A DNA stretch of 64,000 bases from Octopus vulgaris (Eukaryota): assembly GCA_951406725.2 (NCBI GenBank), contig OX597822.1, positions 113,026,001 through 113,090,000 of the forward strand, written 5' to 3'. Position numbers and translations under genes: made by a program. Under the pieces are notes generated by a model. It was not told the DNA's origin. It worked only from the letters and a program-made list of their open reading frames with translations, and did no database searches. Every line of letters starts with the position of its first letter. Position 1 is the stretch's first letter. Below are positions 1 through 12,112 of the stretch, one piece after another.

Positions 1-504
1 CACTGATGCCGCCAATTTCTCGCTCTCATCATGTTGGTGTGGATGCAGGTGGAGGCTTTGCTGTTCTGTTTTCTGCTGACACTCTCTATCCACTTCGTCT
101 CCGTCTGCACGCGGGTTCTGTCGCTGGTCGCAGACATAGTTGCGTGATATAAAGAAATAAGGCTTTCGACTAGTTCGCTGCTGTCGCTGCAGCCGTCTGC
201 ACCACTGCCGCCGTTGTGATGGGCGGGGGTCGCTGCTGTAACTGCAGCCATCATTGTCAACAGTATCTCTACCAGTATCTATGCAAAGAATTTCCGTCAT
301 TTCATCGTCCATCCCTACATTCCCGCTACTGCTGCTACTCGCTTCTTCTTCGGGTAACTGAATATCGGAGGAGAATTTTCTTGCATCATATTCGAACTCT
401 GATCCATAAACATCTACTATAGAGTTACTTTCCTGCCAAAGTTCACGGTTAAATTGAAATGTAGTGAAAAGAGCACCCAAAGGTGGCATGACAGTCGATG
501 TCAT
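1..504 (-). CDS. Probable first coding segment of an unidentified host gene, running off the window's left edge (168 codons, MTSTVMPPLGALFTTFQFNRELWQESNSIVDVYGSEFEYDARKFSSDIQLPEEEASSSSS...HPHQHDESEKLAASV)
   Basis: Manual translation: stop-free from ATG at 504-502 to base 1, in-frame TAA 7 codons upstream, higher GC than flanks, non-repetitive. Missed by the ORF track because no stop lies in the window. No recognisable domain. Confidence 0.65.
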   Translation of the reverse strand, partial: MTSTVMPPLGALFTTFQFNRELWQESNSIVDVYGSEFEYDARKFSSDIQLPEEEASSSSSGNVGMDDEMTEILCIDTGRDTVDNDGCSYSSDPRPSQRRQWCRRLQRQQRTSRKPYFFISRNYVCDQRQNPRADGDEVDRECQQKTEQQSLHLHPHQHDESEKLAASV

Positions 505-603
505 TGCTTTACTGACTTTTTCTTAATGTAGGTACATTTTGGTATCAAGTTAACGATCAGCTGATAAAGGAACTTTTAATAGGCAGCCTTTTACAGATGT
601 TTC

Positions 604-1028
604 CTGTGGAGAATTTACTAAAAGGAGAATTACTGTGAAGAATTTACTAAAAATTCTGCGGCGAAGGTTGTTGAAATTAGTCACTGAACTAATGTGAAAA
701 CAAAAAACATTACTTTGAAGTTTGTTAGGAATAAATTGTTTTCTGCTAGAATAATGCTTTTCCTCAAGGTTTTAAATTTTAATAAATACGAAATTAAAAA
801 TTTATCAAGGGTAGAAAATGGCATTAGATAAAGATCTATGGATAAAAAAAAATTTAATCTGATTGCTAAAAAAGAATTAAGAAGTTATGCGAGAAGAGAC
901 TGACACTGTCAGCTGTATGATCGACTTCAATAAATTTTGTGAACCACTAATCCGTTGATATTTATAGAGAAATCTCGGTGCTGCGGCTGCGTTCATTTGT
1001 TCTCCGACCTCTTTCTTTCTTTTCTTAC
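604..1028 (-). other. Candidate 5'UTR intron of the left-edge gene
   Basis: Minus-strand donor ATGA|GTAAGA at 1028 and acceptor TTCTCCACAG|G at 604; AT-rich interior. Prediction only. Confidence 0.4.
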
Positions 1029-1037
1029 TCATCTTCA

Positions 1038-1129
1038 TCTTCTTCTTCTTCTTCTTCTTCTTCTTCTTCTTCTTCTTCTTCTTCTTCTTCTTCTTCTTCT
1101 TCTTCTTCTTCTTCTTCTTCTTCTTCTTC
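1038..1129. repeat. (TTC/GAA)~30 trinucleotide microsatellite
   Basis: Directly visible pure repeat. Confidence 0.95.
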
Positions 1130-1259
1130 ATATTTTACGTCTGTGGTTCTAGATATTTCGGATTTCCTATTTCACACCGGGTGTCTAGTATTCGACCGCT
1201 GTGTCCCTTCCGAAAAAGAATTTTTTCCTCCCAAAGAAACGGAAGAGTAAATAATGTGA

Positions 1260-1345
1260 AGGACATCCACGTGACTGAACGACCCTGGAGCTGTTGGGAT
1301 ACGCTCGGGAGTAGGGTCACACGTGTCGCTAGCCACGTGGGCGGG
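1260..1345 (-). promoter_or_regulatory. Candidate promoter: three CACGTG E-boxes plus GC box
   Basis: CACGTG at 1268-1273, 1320-1325 and 1334-1339; GGGCGG at 1339-1344; CpG-rich patch upstream of the minus-strand ORF. Confidence 0.5.
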
Positions 1346-1524
1346 TTTCGTTCTCCCCCTCTCATTATCCACCTCCCTGCCTCTGCTTCCTTCGATAGCC
1401 GTATAACGTCGCAATCAGCAGCATTGATTGTTCTCTAATATAGAATCACAGACAGAATCATGATATAGTCACCGAAAAACACATACACAGATGAACCGAT
1501 AAGCAAATAGACAAACAAACAGGC

Positions 1525-1604
1525 ACGTGTGTGTGTATGTGTGTGTGTGTGTGTATGTGTGTGTGTGTGTATACACACACACACACACATATATATATAT
1601 ACAT

Positions 1605-1641
<37 letters not shown>

Positions 1642-1724
1642 TATATATATATATATATATTTGTATATATACACACACATATATATATAGTACATATATA
1701 TATATATATATATAAATATATACA

Positions 1725-1770
<46 letters not shown>

Positions 1771-1922
1771 TATAAAAATATTTAAAATATATATATATAT
1801 GAAAGAAAATAATAAAATGTATGTATATGATATATATATACATATATATATATATATACATATATACATACATAGATACATACGTACATATATATATATG
1901 TAAAAAAATGTAGTACTTATGA

Positions 1923-1984
<62 letters not shown>

Positions 1985-1988
1985 TATA

Positions 1989-2038
<50 letters not shown>

Positions 2039-2050
2039 TAGATGTATATA
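1525..2050. repeat. Compound (TG)n/(CA)n/(TA)n microsatellite block (representative of dozens in the window)
   Basis: Directly visible; source of the YIYI/CVCV pseudo-ORFs. Confidence 0.95.
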
Positions 2051-2061
2051 TATGTAACCGT

Positions 2062-2453
2062 TTATCTTTTATTTATTTCAGTCCGGCCATGCCTTAAAAA
2101 TATTTTTTCCAGTCGAATGAATCGATCACAGCAGAAATTTTTTTTAACATATTCTATCGCTTCTTCTGCCGGACCGCTAGGTTACGGGAACGTAAATACA
2201 GTAACATTGGTTGCCGGCCGGTGGTAGGGGAAAGAAAGACAGATACAAGGACATACACACAGACGCACATACACGCATACACATCGTGCGCGCAGGCGCT
2301 CACATGCATACATATATTTACATATAGGACGGGCTTCTTTCGGTTTCCATCTACCGAATCCACTCACAAGGCTTTGGCCCAAGGTTACAGAAGCAGACGC
2401 AGTAGGATTAAACGCGGAAGTTAACTTCTTACCACAGAGGCAGCCCTGCCCCT
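2062..2453 (-). mobile_element. tRNA-derived SINE, family A (diverged)
   Basis: Matches the family A body (ccactcacaaggctttgg, ccgctaagttacgggg). Confidence 0.8.
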
Positions 2454-2554
2454 ATATGTGTAAATATTATATAGAAGTATATGTTTATATAGATGTATAC
2501 ATAAATATATAATATATATTATACATATGATATATAGTACATATTATATACATT

Positions 2555-2598
<44 letters not shown>

Positions 2599-2741
2599 CA
2601 CATCAGAGAGTGAACATATTACTGTCATGTTCTTAAGAATGAAATCAACCTCTCTGTCTATATATCTACCCTCTTTATAATGTTGGCAAATGAAATTGGG
2701 ATAAGAATGTGCATTGTCCGTTTAATTGGAAAATTCTATAT

Positions 2742-2827
2742 GTGGCTGAAGATTGCTCGACATTTTAAAACTGATGTAATACTTACAGTGTTTAATAAAA
2801 TGAAGTAGCATGAAACAATTGTACTAC
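2742..2827 (+). ncRNA. Type I hammerhead ribozyme motif with long helix II, in a (TA)n-flanked element (2601-2958)
   Basis: GTGG-CTGAAGA(2746)-T-TGCT..CATTTTA..TAAAATG..AGCA-T-GAAA(2812)-CAATTG-TA-CTAC: helix I GTGG/CTAC, palindromic helix III ACAATTGT, intact core. Confidence 0.75.
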
Positions 2828-2980
2828 TCTACCTTGGATATCCTTGTTGCTTATTTTGATTATAATCACCCCATTTGATTTATATGGATAATACCATACG
2901 AAATTCTAGTGCCTTTAACTTAAGTACCATATTCATCTGAATCTAAATTTTGCTGAACTTATATATACATACATACATAC

Positions 2981-3082
<102 letters not shown>

Positions 3083-3151
3083 ATGCATGTATGTATGTAT
3101 GTATGCATGTATGTATAAATGATATGTAGATATATATAGATATATATATGT

Positions 3152-3340
3152 AGGGAGAATTTACAAAAAAAAAACAAAGACGAAGACAGGTGGTGTAGTC
3201 AATAAACAGCTGTATTAGTATAACGCTCGGGAAGTGAAAAAGCCTTTAACGTTTCGACCCTACGTTCTTCCACAGAAAGGAATACAGAAAGAAACAAGGA
3301 GAGAAAGTAAAGAGTGTGTAGTGGGTAGCGATCTATCATG
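3152..3340 (-). mobile_element. Penelope-like pLTR fragment (family H) with degenerate hammerhead at 3243-3280
   Basis: Minus strand CCTTT-CTGTGGA-A-GAAC-GTAG-GGTC-GAAA-CGT-T-AAAGG; homologous to 44933-45129 and 63200-63423. Confidence 0.65.
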
Positions 3341-3345
3341 ATATA

Positions 3346-3891
3346 CAGGGTGTTCCAAAAGAAACAGTGCACTGGACATTTTCATAGGTATACATAAAGA
3401 AACAGTGCACTGAACACAAGAAAGGATATTTATAATTGAAAATGTTTTCGTGTCAGTATGGCTGCAGTTGGTGATGTCTTTGGGGATCGTGTGATCTCTC
3501 GTGGTTTGTGGCCACCTCGATCACCGGATTTAACACCTCCTGACTTTTATTTGTGGGGCAAATTGAAAGACTCAGTGTATGCAGACAATCCTCGAACTAC
3601 GGATGAACTGAAGCAGAAAATAACAAGTGTTATTCAAAACATCAAACCTGATGAACTTGAGTGTGTTTTTCAAAACACGCAGCGTCGCGCTCGTTTATGT
3701 CTGCAGGTGAATGGCGCACACTTTCAACAGTTATTGTAGATCATATCTTACTGCACGAGTCAATCCTCAATCGTACTTTAGTTGATAAGGTATTAAATTT
3801 GTGAATATTTGCAATAAATAGTATTTTTCTGTGAGTTTTGTTTCTTTGGGTTATTAGCATATTCCTACTGCACTGTTTCTTTTGAAACACC

Positions 3892-3894
<3 letters not shown>
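3346..3894 (+). mobile_element. Internally deleted Tc1/mariner-superfamily DNA transposon (549 bp)
   Basis: 26-bp TIRs CAGGGTGTT(C/T)CAAAAGAAACAGTGCA with TA target duplications on both sides. Confidence 0.92.
3458..3739 (+). pseudogene. C-terminal fragment of Tc1/mariner transposase
   Basis: WPPRSPDLTPPDFYLWGKLK motif with third catalytic D and typical C-terminus (NGAHFQQLL); N-terminus deleted. Confidence 0.9.
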
Positions 3895-3946
<52 letters not shown>

Positions 3947-4178
3947 CTTTTACTTGTCATTGGACTGCAGCTATTCTGGGGCACTAATTTGAATTTCTTT
4001 TTGTTTTAATCGAATGAATCGATTCCAGAACTTCTCTTTTTTATAGCCTGAGACTTATTCTCTCGGTCTTTTACCGAATCGCTAAGTAACGGGGATGCAA
4101 ATACAGTAAATTTGGTTGTCAAGCGGTGGTGAGGGGACAGACAGACACACACAAACAGATATATATATATATATATAT

Positions 4179-4230
<52 letters not shown>

Positions 4231-4239
4231 ACACACACT

Positions 4240-4275
<36 letters not shown>

Positions 4276-4302
4276 CACATATATACATACATATATACAT
4301 AT

Positions 4303-4688
<386 letters not shown>

Positions 4689-5580
4689 CACACGTAGTTA
4701 CGTAGCTATGTACATAGTGAGAAAAAGACAGTCAGACAGATAAACAGAGAATGGGCGAGTTCAAGGCGGAGAATGGATGCCAGAGATTAATTTGAAAAAA
4801 AGAATTGGAAACATAATTAGAAAAATACAAAAAAAAAGGCACAAGTGGAAATTTTACCGGTGAGTATGTTAAATTATAAGGCACTAAAAGAGAATGACTC
4901 CCCAGACACAACAGAATTGGAAACACTGTTTTCTTGAAATCAGTTCTTGTACAAATATTTCATTTCTACTATTGTCAAAAAATATTTGAACTTATATGCA
5001 AACATATGAACGCACTGTCGTACAATATCAACATATTTTCATTTATCAAATTCATTTGACATTACAATTATTGCAGATATTATATAGTTTAGATGAGCCG
5101 ATGACATCACTGGTATTCGTTTCCTCCAAGCCGCGGGAGATGGGAACACTTATAAAAGAAATACGGACAGAAAAAACACAGAAAAGTGCATTTTCGTAAG
5201 AGATACGTCTAAAACCATAAGGCCACGTTATATATTAAATTTAGCAATTCTAAATGCCATCCAGTACACAGTTGTACCTGGAGTAGGGGTAACGAATGTA
5301 AAGGTGGTTGATTTGATATATTCGGTCTTTGAAACATTCCTCCCCAAAAGAATGCTCAATGTACTTCAGCGAAATCATTTTAGAGAGTTCCAGGTATGAA
5401 AGCAAGGATCATTAAAAAATTAAAAAAGGTTCGAAATATTTATTGCCATAGAAATGTATAGATTAGTCTGAAAGAAATATTTGAATGTGAAGGATACGAG
5501 AGTAACAACATCTCTGGTTAAAAATTCCTCATATACCAATTACCTTCAAGCGAGTTCATGATTTTTTTCAAGGCACTCAA

Positions 5581-5654
<74 letters not shown>

Positions 5655-5821
5655 ATACACACACTCAGGGGAGGGGAGGCGTCTGGAATGTCACCGTGCA
5701 GTTATATTATGTTAATAAAAATAAATAAATTGCACAGGCAGCTTGTAGAATACTTCTTTGTTCGAGGTTAGTTTAGATACATGTCTGTCTGTTAATGTTC
5801 TGATATATAGTTTCTGATTGC

Positions 5822-6055
5822 AAGGCGGCGAGCTGGCAGAAACGTTAGCACGCCGGGTGAAATGCGTAGCCGTATTTCGTCTGCCGTTACGTTCTGAGTT
5901 CAAATTCCGCCGAGGTCGACTTTGCCTTTCGTCCTTCCGGGATCGATTAAATAAGTACCAGTTACGCACTGGGGTCGATGTAATCGACTTAATCCGTTTG
6001 TCTCTCCTTGTTTGTCCCTTCTGTGTTTAGCTCCTTATGGGTAGTAAAGAAACAC
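5822..6055 (+). mobile_element. tRNA-derived SINE, family B, with TSD
   Basis: Head GGCGGCGAGCTGGCAGAA..GAGTTCAAATTC (A/B boxes); flanking direct repeat ATATATAGTTT(T)CTGATTGC. Confidence 0.9.
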
Positions 6056-6839
6056 ATATATAGTTTTCTGATTGCGTGGTGGGGAATGTTGTCGCTCTTA
6101 TTTATGCGTATTGTTTCGGTGGTGGTTCTTTATTGTGAGTGGTGTTTACTTGTGCTCAGATTTAGTGTTGTATCAAGTAATTTACTATTTCTCAGGTTTC
6201 TCTTTATAACAACTGTTTTTGGAAATTCATTAAAATTAATGCTGTTTTCAGGGCATATTTTAAAGCCAGGTACTTATCGATCAGCTATGTTACAGGACCT
6301 AAACCCACTGTACTGTGTGAAGAAATAACCAAAAGCGCAGTAATTGCAAATATTTGTGTTCAGTTCAAGACGTGTATCTACGAATGCAGCACCCAAATAC
6401 ACACACACACACACACACATCACATCACAAAAGCACAAACACGCACATATATGCATGTAAATTTTGATATACGTCTTGAAACGTCATCATTTCAATAAAT
6501 CTCTCAATAAACCTAAACTAAGTTTTGCTGAGAAATGCAAATCCAATCCAGAATGATGCATAAACAGAGACTCATATCTGGGATACTGTTGGGATAAAAC
6601 AAGGGTGACCTAAGACAACACTCTAGAAAGACGGAACGTCGTAGTTCTGAAGCACTACAGAGTAAAAGTATTAGTTGTAGGTATGAAAAAAGGGACTAGT
6701 TTGTCACGGCAGCCTATGCTCTTCTTCAGCTTCTTTTTAATTTTCTCCGGCGCTTACAAGAACGGCGCCTGTACACACACACACACACACACTCCTGTTC
6801 TTGTTACCACTTTTACCCCTGCGCAAAAAATCCCAAATA

Positions 6840-7175
6840 TTATTTAAATTGCTTTGCGGGAAGGATTGTTTCAACTAAGTCGCGTCTTGTCCTTACCTTC
6901 GTAAACGCAGAATAGATGAAACAGGGACGACTGAAGAAGGGGAATATTCCTTGTGTTGTATGTCTTGTACTCTGTTTTTTCGTTGTTTGAAAAAAGTTAG
7001 TTTCCATGTTTTTGTTTTTATGTTTTCGTTTCTCATTGTGTTCAACGTTTTTTTGATGTCCTGTACCCATATATGCATATAGATGTAGGTATGTACATAG
7101 ATGTATGTATATATGCATATATTTATATATTATTTATATTATTATATGATCGAAGACCACGCATCCTTTTACATG
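6840..7175. mobile_element. Microsatellite-associated dispersed repeat, second copy at 35968-36310; possibly a Penelope-like terminus
   Basis: Colinear similarity (GCTTTGCGGG.AGGATTGTTTCAA..CTGAAGAAGGGGA.TATTC..ATATGATCGAA..CCACGCATCCTTTT). Confidence 0.6.
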
Positions 7176-7947
7176 TATGAAATATACATATGTTTATTAA
7201 TGTCGAGTAAATGAGAAAGTAGTGCTCAATAAATATTGTAGAAGTTATTGTTTTTAAAGTCGCGAAGTAAACTTTCAGCCTCATTTTCAATAAGATAACT
7301 ATAAATGTATATATGTGTATGAGTGTGTGTATGTGTGTACGTGTGCTTGTGTGTGTGAAGGTATGTATGTATGCATATACATGCACATGTATATATGTGT
7401 GCAGTAGCGCAAAATGCGCAATCTTTATGATAGCGCATGTTAGAGAGGGAATTTATTTACTTGGATTATCCAAAACAATATTTTCGGCATTGGTGAAAAT
7501 TGCTTAATGAAGATATACACGCACAAAGTTGAAGGGCAAATAACCGAAGTATTGTAAATATCCGATGCGGAGAATTGGCTTCGAACATTTATACTTGGAT
7601 TGTTAAATGGACCGAAAACAATCTTGGCTCGGCAGGTCTATAATACAAGCATCCCGGCCAGTACTGTTCATCTTTTGGTTCACCAAGTGCAACTTTCTCT
7701 AACGTGTTTATATTCTTTGAACGCGACAGGATGCAATTAATTGAGTTTTGAAAGTTATTTCTAGGAGATGAATGGTTCATGTAGAATCTCTTTTACTTGT
7801 TAAGCCCAGGTTTTCCCTGATACAGCTACATTAATCACAGTAACACCTTTGATTCAGTGAATCGCAATGCATTATGGGCAACTCTCAATAAAATTGGTTC
7901 TCCTGCTAAATTTATACATATCATATCCTTAAATGATGATATGAGAT

Positions 7948-8571
7948 ATGTTTCTTTATTGGCCACAAGGGACTAAACATAGAGAGGACAAACAAGGACA
8001 GACAAACGGATTAAGTCGATTACATCGACCCCAGTGCGTAACTGGTACTTAATTTATCGACTCCGAAAGGATGAAAGGCAAAGTCGACCTCGGCGGAATT
8101 TGAACTCAGAACGTAATGACAGATGAAATACCGTAGCGACAGACGAAATACCTATTTCTTTACTACCCACAAGGGGCTAAACACAGAGGGGACAAACAAG
8201 GACAGACAAACGGATTAAGTCGATTACATCGACCCCAGTGCGTAACTGGTACTTAATTTATCGACTCCGAAAGGATGAAAGGCAAAGTCGACCTCGGCGG
8301 AATTTGAACTCAGAACGTAAAGACAGGCCAAATACCTATTTCTTTACTACCCACAAGGGGCTAAACACAGAGAGGACAAACAAGGACAGACAAACGGTTC
8401 AAGTCGATTATATCGACCCCAATGCGTAACTGGAACTTTTTTAATCGACCCCGAGAGGATGAAAGGCAAAGTCAACCTCGGCGGAATTTGAACTCAGAAC
8501 GTAGCGGCAGACGAAATACCGCAAAGCATTTCGCCCGGCGTGCTAACGTTCCTGCCAGCTCGCCGCCTTCG
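7948..8571 (-). mobile_element. Head-to-tail trimer of SINE family B inside one 24-bp TSD
   Basis: Three tandem bodies (starting ~7948, ~8151, ~8335); TSD TATCCTTAAATGATGATATGAGAT at 7924-7947 and 8572-8595. Confidence 0.88.
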
Positions 8572-8964
8572 TATCCTTAAATGATGATATGAGATCACGT
8601 GTTGTAATTAGCAAGAAAGTTCAGTCAGTAGCGGGGCCAAACAGAATGAAATAATTACTTTTGTTTGCCATAAAATAGACAGTTTCTCTTTTTTCCGATC
8701 GCTTTCAAACTGGTCTGAGAATATTTATGTATGCAACTTCAAACTTAAAACGTCTTGATATTAAAGTACCAATTTTATATGTCAATAATTAGTAGTCTCA
8801 TGTACGCAAACAACTATGTTACAAACGCAGAAAATACCTTCAAACTTTAATGGATTAGATTTCATTGATGTGTAAAGTATTAAGTCTTACAAGGACCCTT
8901 GATAAAACTATTGGTTTTGTTGTGAAAAGCCTCATGCTGATCCTGAAATAACGATATATGGTAA

Positions 8965-9318
8965 ATCCTTAAATCCTTAAAAATGTTTCAGCCCGAAGGC
9001 TGCGGCCATGCTGGGGCACCACCGTTGAATGAGCTACACTAGTATGTGAAACCACCGCTGATACGTGGCACTTGATCAACAAGGGAGCTCGATGCCGCTG
9101 CCCGCATCTGTGTTTCCTGCCGAGAGGTAGGTTCATCTGCGACCCCTAACAAAAAGAGATCCAGTTTAGTTTTAAAGAAACCCACCTCCACACCATGCAG
9201 GTCTCTCGGGCATTTAGGAAGGATATTGAAGAGCTGTGGTCCTCTGAAACCCAAGCTGTTGCAGTATCTGGTCCTGAATTTTGATGGTGATGTTGGGATC
9301 TTTGGCACCACCACTTTG
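8965..9318 (-). mobile_element. 5'-truncated CR1-group LINE 3' end
   Basis: ORF2 C-terminus NSLGFRGPQLFNILPK..FFKTKLDLFLLGVADEP; 3' stem-loop + GAAAC and (TTTAAGGA)n-type tail. Confidence 0.8.
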
Positions 9319-9334
9319 TATAGTATTGTTGTAT

Positions 9335-9722
9335 ATATGGAAGCACTCCGTCGGTTACGACGACGGGGGTTCCGGTTGATCCGAATCAACGGAACAGCCT
9401 ACTCGTGAAATTAACATGTAAGTGGCTGAGCACTCCACAGACACGTGTACCCTTAACGTAGTTCTCGGGGATATTCAGCGTGACACAAAGAGTGACAAAG
9501 CCGGCCCTTTGAAATACAGGTACAACAGAAACAGGAAGTAAGAGTGAGAGAAAGTTGTGGTGAAAGAGTACAGCAGGGATCACCACCATCCCCTGCCGGA
9601 GCCTCGTGGAGCTTTAGGTGTTTTCGCTCAATAAACACTCACAACGCTCGGTCTGGGAATCGAGACCGCAATCCTATGACCGTAAGTCCGCTGCCCTAAC
9701 CACTGGGCCATTGTGCCTCCAC
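9335..9722 (-). mobile_element. tRNA-derived SINE, family C, with 15-bp TSD
   Basis: Head GTGGAGGCACAATGGCCCAGTGGTTAGG..GTCTCGATTCCC; TSD ATAGTATTGTTGTAT at 9320-9334 and 9723-9737; tail GTCGTAACCGACGGAGTG also found at ~43728. Confidence 0.9.
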
Positions 9723-10603
9723 ATAGTATTGTTGTATGTTGAACAGGAATAAAGAAATTGCAAGCAACTTTCAAGTCATGGCTATCGTTTTGAAAATTGC
9801 ATACCCGGCTAAAGACTCAACGTTATATAGATATAACTACTAAGATATTCATTTTCAAAAGATTTTGTCTGATTTGTTGTATGGATACCAAGCTTAGGCG
9901 TGGAGACACTTTATGAATGGTGATGAGGTTTTGGAGTTACTTGAATATTATAAGCCTTCTTGCAACGTAGGAGATTAAGGTGGACAGACAATATAGTTCT
10001 TATGGAATAATTGCCGTGTGTCAACATAAGGGAGAACTATATTCTGTGAAAAAGATCTTACCACAAGACTGTTTTAAATCTAGCATTAAAAAAAAAGAAA
10101 GAAGAAAACGATAATTTTCATGAAGGAAGTTGGGAAAATGCAGCTCAAAGAGTAACAGGAAGGAAAAATATATCTTGGATGCGTCTAAGTCTTATGAAAA
10201 TGATCGCAAAAATTATTGAATAAATTAATATTATAATATTGATTTTTCGACGGCGTGACCAAAACTTAGCTTAAGCTATTATTTGTCCATTGTAACTCCT
10301 TTGTTTCCGAGCGTATTTTTCAGATGTGAAACTTTAATGAAGAAGCGTATAAAATGAGGCAATTTCAAAGGAATGAAACATCGGTTGAAGTCGGCGTGTA
10401 TTTTCTGTTACATTCTGAAGTCTTCATGTTGAGCATTTATAATCTCTCAAGTTCTTCTGACAACAGTATTTTCATCTTCACGCGTGCGTATTTTATTTTC
10501 CATTTCTTTTAATATTGTATTTCCCTGATTTTTTTGTATGTTTTGTATTAGAGATAGAGATTCTTGGTTTTCGAACAACTTTGATTGCCAATAAATCGTG
10601 CTT

Positions 10604-10638
<35 letters not shown>

Positions 10639-10653
10639 AAATATATATATATG

Positions 10654-10831
<178 letters not shown>

Positions 10832-11324
10832 GGGGGAAAGAGAGAGTGAGAGATATGAGCATTTGCATATATTTCTGTGTGTATGTCATTGTGTATGTTT
10901 GTCTCCCACCACCGCTTGACAATGTGTAATGCTTTTTATTAAGTCCTCATAGCCTAGCAGTTCGGTAAAAGAAATCGATAGAAGAAGTCCCAGGCTTAAC
11001 AAATAAGTACTGAGATTTATTTGTTCAGCTAAGCCCTTCAACGCGGTATCCTGCAAAAACAAGCGAAAGATAAACACCAAAGGATAGAGGATTCAGACAT
11101 TGGTTCATATGTGATGATAAATTTCATTTCTATAACAGAAACTGAAAAATTTAATCAAAACACATCACTTTCAGAGTCATCACTTAATGGGGAAAATGTA
11201 AAGAGATGCAAAAGAATTGCACCAGGGACCAGGTCGCAGCTGCTACAATGAAAATTCTGACACAAATGTTTAAGTGGAGTTAACGGTACTTTTGTGTTTG
11301 TGAATAGCTAAAATATTTATTTAT

Positions 11325-12112
11325 ATATTGGCCTGGCTGAGTGGTAAGAATCTTGCTTTCTAACAGCATGGTTCCGGGTTCAGTCCTACTGCATTGCACC
11401 CTCGGAAAGTTTTCTGCTATAACATTGGGCCGACTAAAGTCATGTGAGTGGATTTGGTAGACGGAAACTGAAAAAAGTTCATCGTATAATTACATATATA
11501 TGTGTGTCTGTCATTGTTTCTATGTTTGTCACCCCTCCCACCACCACCACCACCACCACCATCGCTTGGCAAACGGCATTGGTATGTTTGCGTCCACGTA
11601 ACTTAGCGGTTCAGCAAAAGAGACAGATAAAATAAGTACCAAGCTTGAAAACGGAATACTGGGTTCGATTCATTCGACTAAAAATTCAAGGCGATGCCCC
11701 AGCATTGCCGCCGTCTAACGACTGAAACAAGTAAAAGATAAAGATCAACGAAGATACAAGCGTGGTTGTGTGGTAAGTAGCTTGCTTCCCAACCACATGG
11801 TTCCGGGTTCAGTCCCACTGCGTGACACCTTCGGAGAGTGTTTTCTACTATAGCCTCGGACCGACCAAAGCCTTGTGAGTGGATTTGGTAGACGGAAACT
11901 GAAAGAAGCCTATCGTATTTATGTTTGTCTCTCATCACTGCTTGACAACCGGTGCTGGTGTGCTTAAGTCCCCATGACTTAGCGGTTTGGCAAAAGAATT
12001 CGATATAATAAGTACCAAGCTTTAAAAAAGGACTGACGTCAATTCATTCGACTAAAAGTTCTTCAAGACGGTGCCCCAGCATGGCCACAGTCTAATAATT
12101 GAACCAAAAGTA
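11325..12112 (+). mobile_element. Two adjacent family A SINEs (~11325-11742 and ~11755-12112)
   Basis: tRNA-like head TGGTAAG..GGTTCAGTCCC, body and CATGGCC..TGAAACAAGTAAAAG-type tail. Confidence 0.85.

Larger units (their letters stand above)
7780..10090 (+). pseudogene. Old RTE-clade LINE reverse transcriptase remnants, interrupted by younger insertions
   Basis: Fragments translate to FDSVNRNALWATLNKIGSPAKFIHII, SGAKQ, LMYAN, LQTLMD, LLYGY; many stops and frameshifts. Confidence 0.55.

Noticed and set aside
216-422. Cys-rich 68-aa plus-strand ORF
   Set aside because: Antisense shadow of the longer minus-strand ORF 1-504.
5822-5910. tRNA-like sequences (also at ~9650-9722, 29370-29441, 43270-43335)
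   Set aside because: They are SINE heads continuing into SINE bodies, often with TSDs; not stand-alone tRNA genes.
7948-8571. Regularly spaced direct repeats suggestive of a CRISPR array
   Set aside because: Units are ~190-bp SINE bodies with no unique spacers; eukaryotic context, no cas genes.
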